This document shows positions 61,866 through 64,000 of a stretch of 64,000 nucleotides of DNA, piece after piece (within the stretch, counting starts at the first letter, position 1; every line of letters starts with the position of its first letter). The DNA comes from Ylistrum balloti (Eukaryota), in assembly GCF_031769215.1 (NCBI RefSeq), contig NW_026781961.1:1612001-1676000 (forward strand), written 5' to 3'. Both the position numbers and the translations under genes were made by a program. The notes beneath the pieces are model-generated. The model made no database searches and was not told the origin of the DNA. It worked only from the letters and a program-made list of their open reading frames with translations.

Positions 61866-63539
61866 CACCGTGGGCGAGTGCTACCGCGAGAACCAGTAAC
61901 GTGTCAAGCCATGTAATAAAACATGTGTTACTGTTAGTATATTTGTGATGACTGAACATCAACTTCACATGAACCATCATTTATATCAAATACGCGTTCG
62001 TCTGGAAATGTAAAGAAAAACATTCTTCATGAAATGTGAGAGCTTTCAGGTTTTGCAGCATTACCCTTCAATAAGCATCTAGAAACCGTATGATTTATGA
62101 AATACGAGTAATTATCATGTTTGATATCATTACATATTGAAATTACACTCTGTATGTTTCGCTGTATATTTTATGTACGAGTTTTATGTTCCTTTTTATC
62201 TCAACAATTTATATAAAATCCTTAGCCACGTATATTATTGTTCATAGAATATAAATATTTAAAACGATACTAAATTACAAAAACATTCTGCCTGAGGACA
62301 TGTCAGACTTGAAATTTAAACGAGTGGAATGTCTTTCCAAATATGCAGGATTGCCTAAGGGGCATACGTTCGGTCGAATCGGTTGGTGAAGGTGTTTTAG
62401 CAGACCTCATCTGGAAAATAATTATATGTGAGAGGTGAGATTTCACGACCATGACGTATCGTTAGGACACGTTTGTTTCTACGGAAGGTGAAATCCTCCT
62501 TTTACATCAAAGGCCCCCTTTGGCTTTATGTGGTTTTAACTAGTTTTGCTAGATCTCAAAGGTTACCAGCAATGACAAACTGTCTCCTTACCACAACAGC
62601 TTTCATCAATAAACAAATATCATAAACACTTTGTTTACTGTTTATAATCATACCAACATCTCTGCATGTGTTTTGTATCGTATATATCAAATATTGCTTA
62701 AAATAATTGGACGACCCTAAATAACAAAAACGAAGAAAATAACGACATGTCTTAATTCAAACGCAAATTAAATGAACCCACGGCACAATATTAAGAAAAA
62801 GTATGTTCATACAAAAGTCACTGTTAAAGCAGAAGGATATAACACCGGGTACTCCAGAAGATTAGGCTATCACAGCTTCAACGCGATATAAGTTATGTAA
62901 ATTTTGGTCACTAAAATTCAGTAATGTCACGTTCACTAAGAGCAAAGAAAACCAGACTTTGACTCCGATCATTTCAAAAGACGGACCAGCGATGAGACTG
63001 GACATCAACGTAGCTTTTATATGGATAACACACTAGCATGACGTTCCATAAACACGGTTATAACACGTGTTAATCAATTCTTATCGTTACTTGCTTTCAG
63101 CTGAAGGTCACGCGTAGACCTTCTTTATCTCTGTTAGTAGATAAAATATTCTCATCTTAAGTCGGGTAACGTTACGATACGAAACAGAAAGGAAGCTAAT
63201 TTTACTAAAGGGGAAACAGATAGATTAGAAACCGAGTCGACTCTTATGAATGCACTGGGAACTACAAACACAATTCTTATATTTCTTGATATTTTATATT
63301 GTGGCCCCAGTGTATGAAATATGAAAGCAGTGGTAAGCTCTGTAATCATTGCGATTCTAACGTGAATATCCAGCAACTAAGATGTTTTCTTAAATTGAGG
63401 CAATTTAATTATAATAAGCTGTCAAGGTCTACGATATCTACTTCTAAATTTGTAATGAAAGGTGTTATATATTCACTTGTGTGTCTGTTGTTCAATCTTC
63501 GAAATTGCAGGTGGTAGACACTTCTGGTTGAATTATTGG

Positions 63540-63660
63540 ACTAGTGCAGCTCCCTATTTAGAATGTCTTTTAATGCTTTCAATAAATTTGAGTTGATCAC
63601 AATCGCCCCCTAGGCTTTTAATTTTAGGCATCTAGTATGATGAAAAAGCTGTATGATGCA
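63540..63660 (+). mobile_element. HH-1 hammerhead-bearing repeat, copy 3 (core partly deleted)
   Basis: gtgcagctccct..., aatcgccccctaggc, then gcatc...GAAA-aagctg-TA-tgatgc with a perfect stem-I complement. Confidence 0.55.
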
Positions 63661-64000
63661 GGTACATTTGTGTTTTGAATAAAAGCTGCTATTCATTTGT
63701 GTGTCATTTGTACAAGCTTTAAAAAAGAACATTTACATCATTAAGTTATGGTAGTTAACCAAACTCCAATAAACAGACAAAACTGGTGTTGGAATTCTCC
63801 AGGGTATACAATCAAAGAAAGGATTGCATGGTTATGTAGACAAGGAATGCTTATCTCTGAAGTTCAACATGATGTGAATATCATGTTCACACGCATAGTG
63901 CCAGAAATATGTCCACACCGACTTTTGTCTTACTCCGAAACTTATGTGATAATATATGAGTTTCACTCGGTTTCTGACAACATATCGTTTCAACTGTCAC

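Overview
AT-rich, intron-rich animal genomic DNA. A bivalve or other mollusc is inferred from the repeat families and gene content; the sequence does not prove it. Left end: TMEM41A (- strand, runs off the window) lies head-to-head with MALSU1 (+ strand, 4 coding exons, ~405 aa, unusually long acidic N-terminal exon). MALSU1 intron 3 is filled with TE relics and a 17/68-bp satellite. Centre: two anciently duplicated, divergently transcribed paralogues, gene A (-, 25815..14490, ~487 aa) and gene B (+, 34100..47729, ~408 aa). I reconstructed both exon by exon; the ORF track shows only fragments. Both encode signal peptide, 2 PLAT-like beta-sandwich domains, a Thr-rich mucin stalk, a conserved Cys/helical/RRK-x-S-x2-DSRPS juxtamembrane module, one TM helix and a very short tail. 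Gene B has an apparent +1 frameshift in a G8 run. Between the two genes lie a decayed LINE, a 152-bp near-perfect fold-back, a PIF/Harbinger deletion derivative with intact TIRs and TAA TSD, and a degenerate minimal hammerhead ribozyme. A second hammerhead-bearing repeat family and several Penelope-like RT 3' fragments are dispersed through the window. No intact gene could be built in 48-64 kb. No tRNA, rRNA or CRISPR was found. All coordinates were read by hand, and repeat boundaries are approximate.
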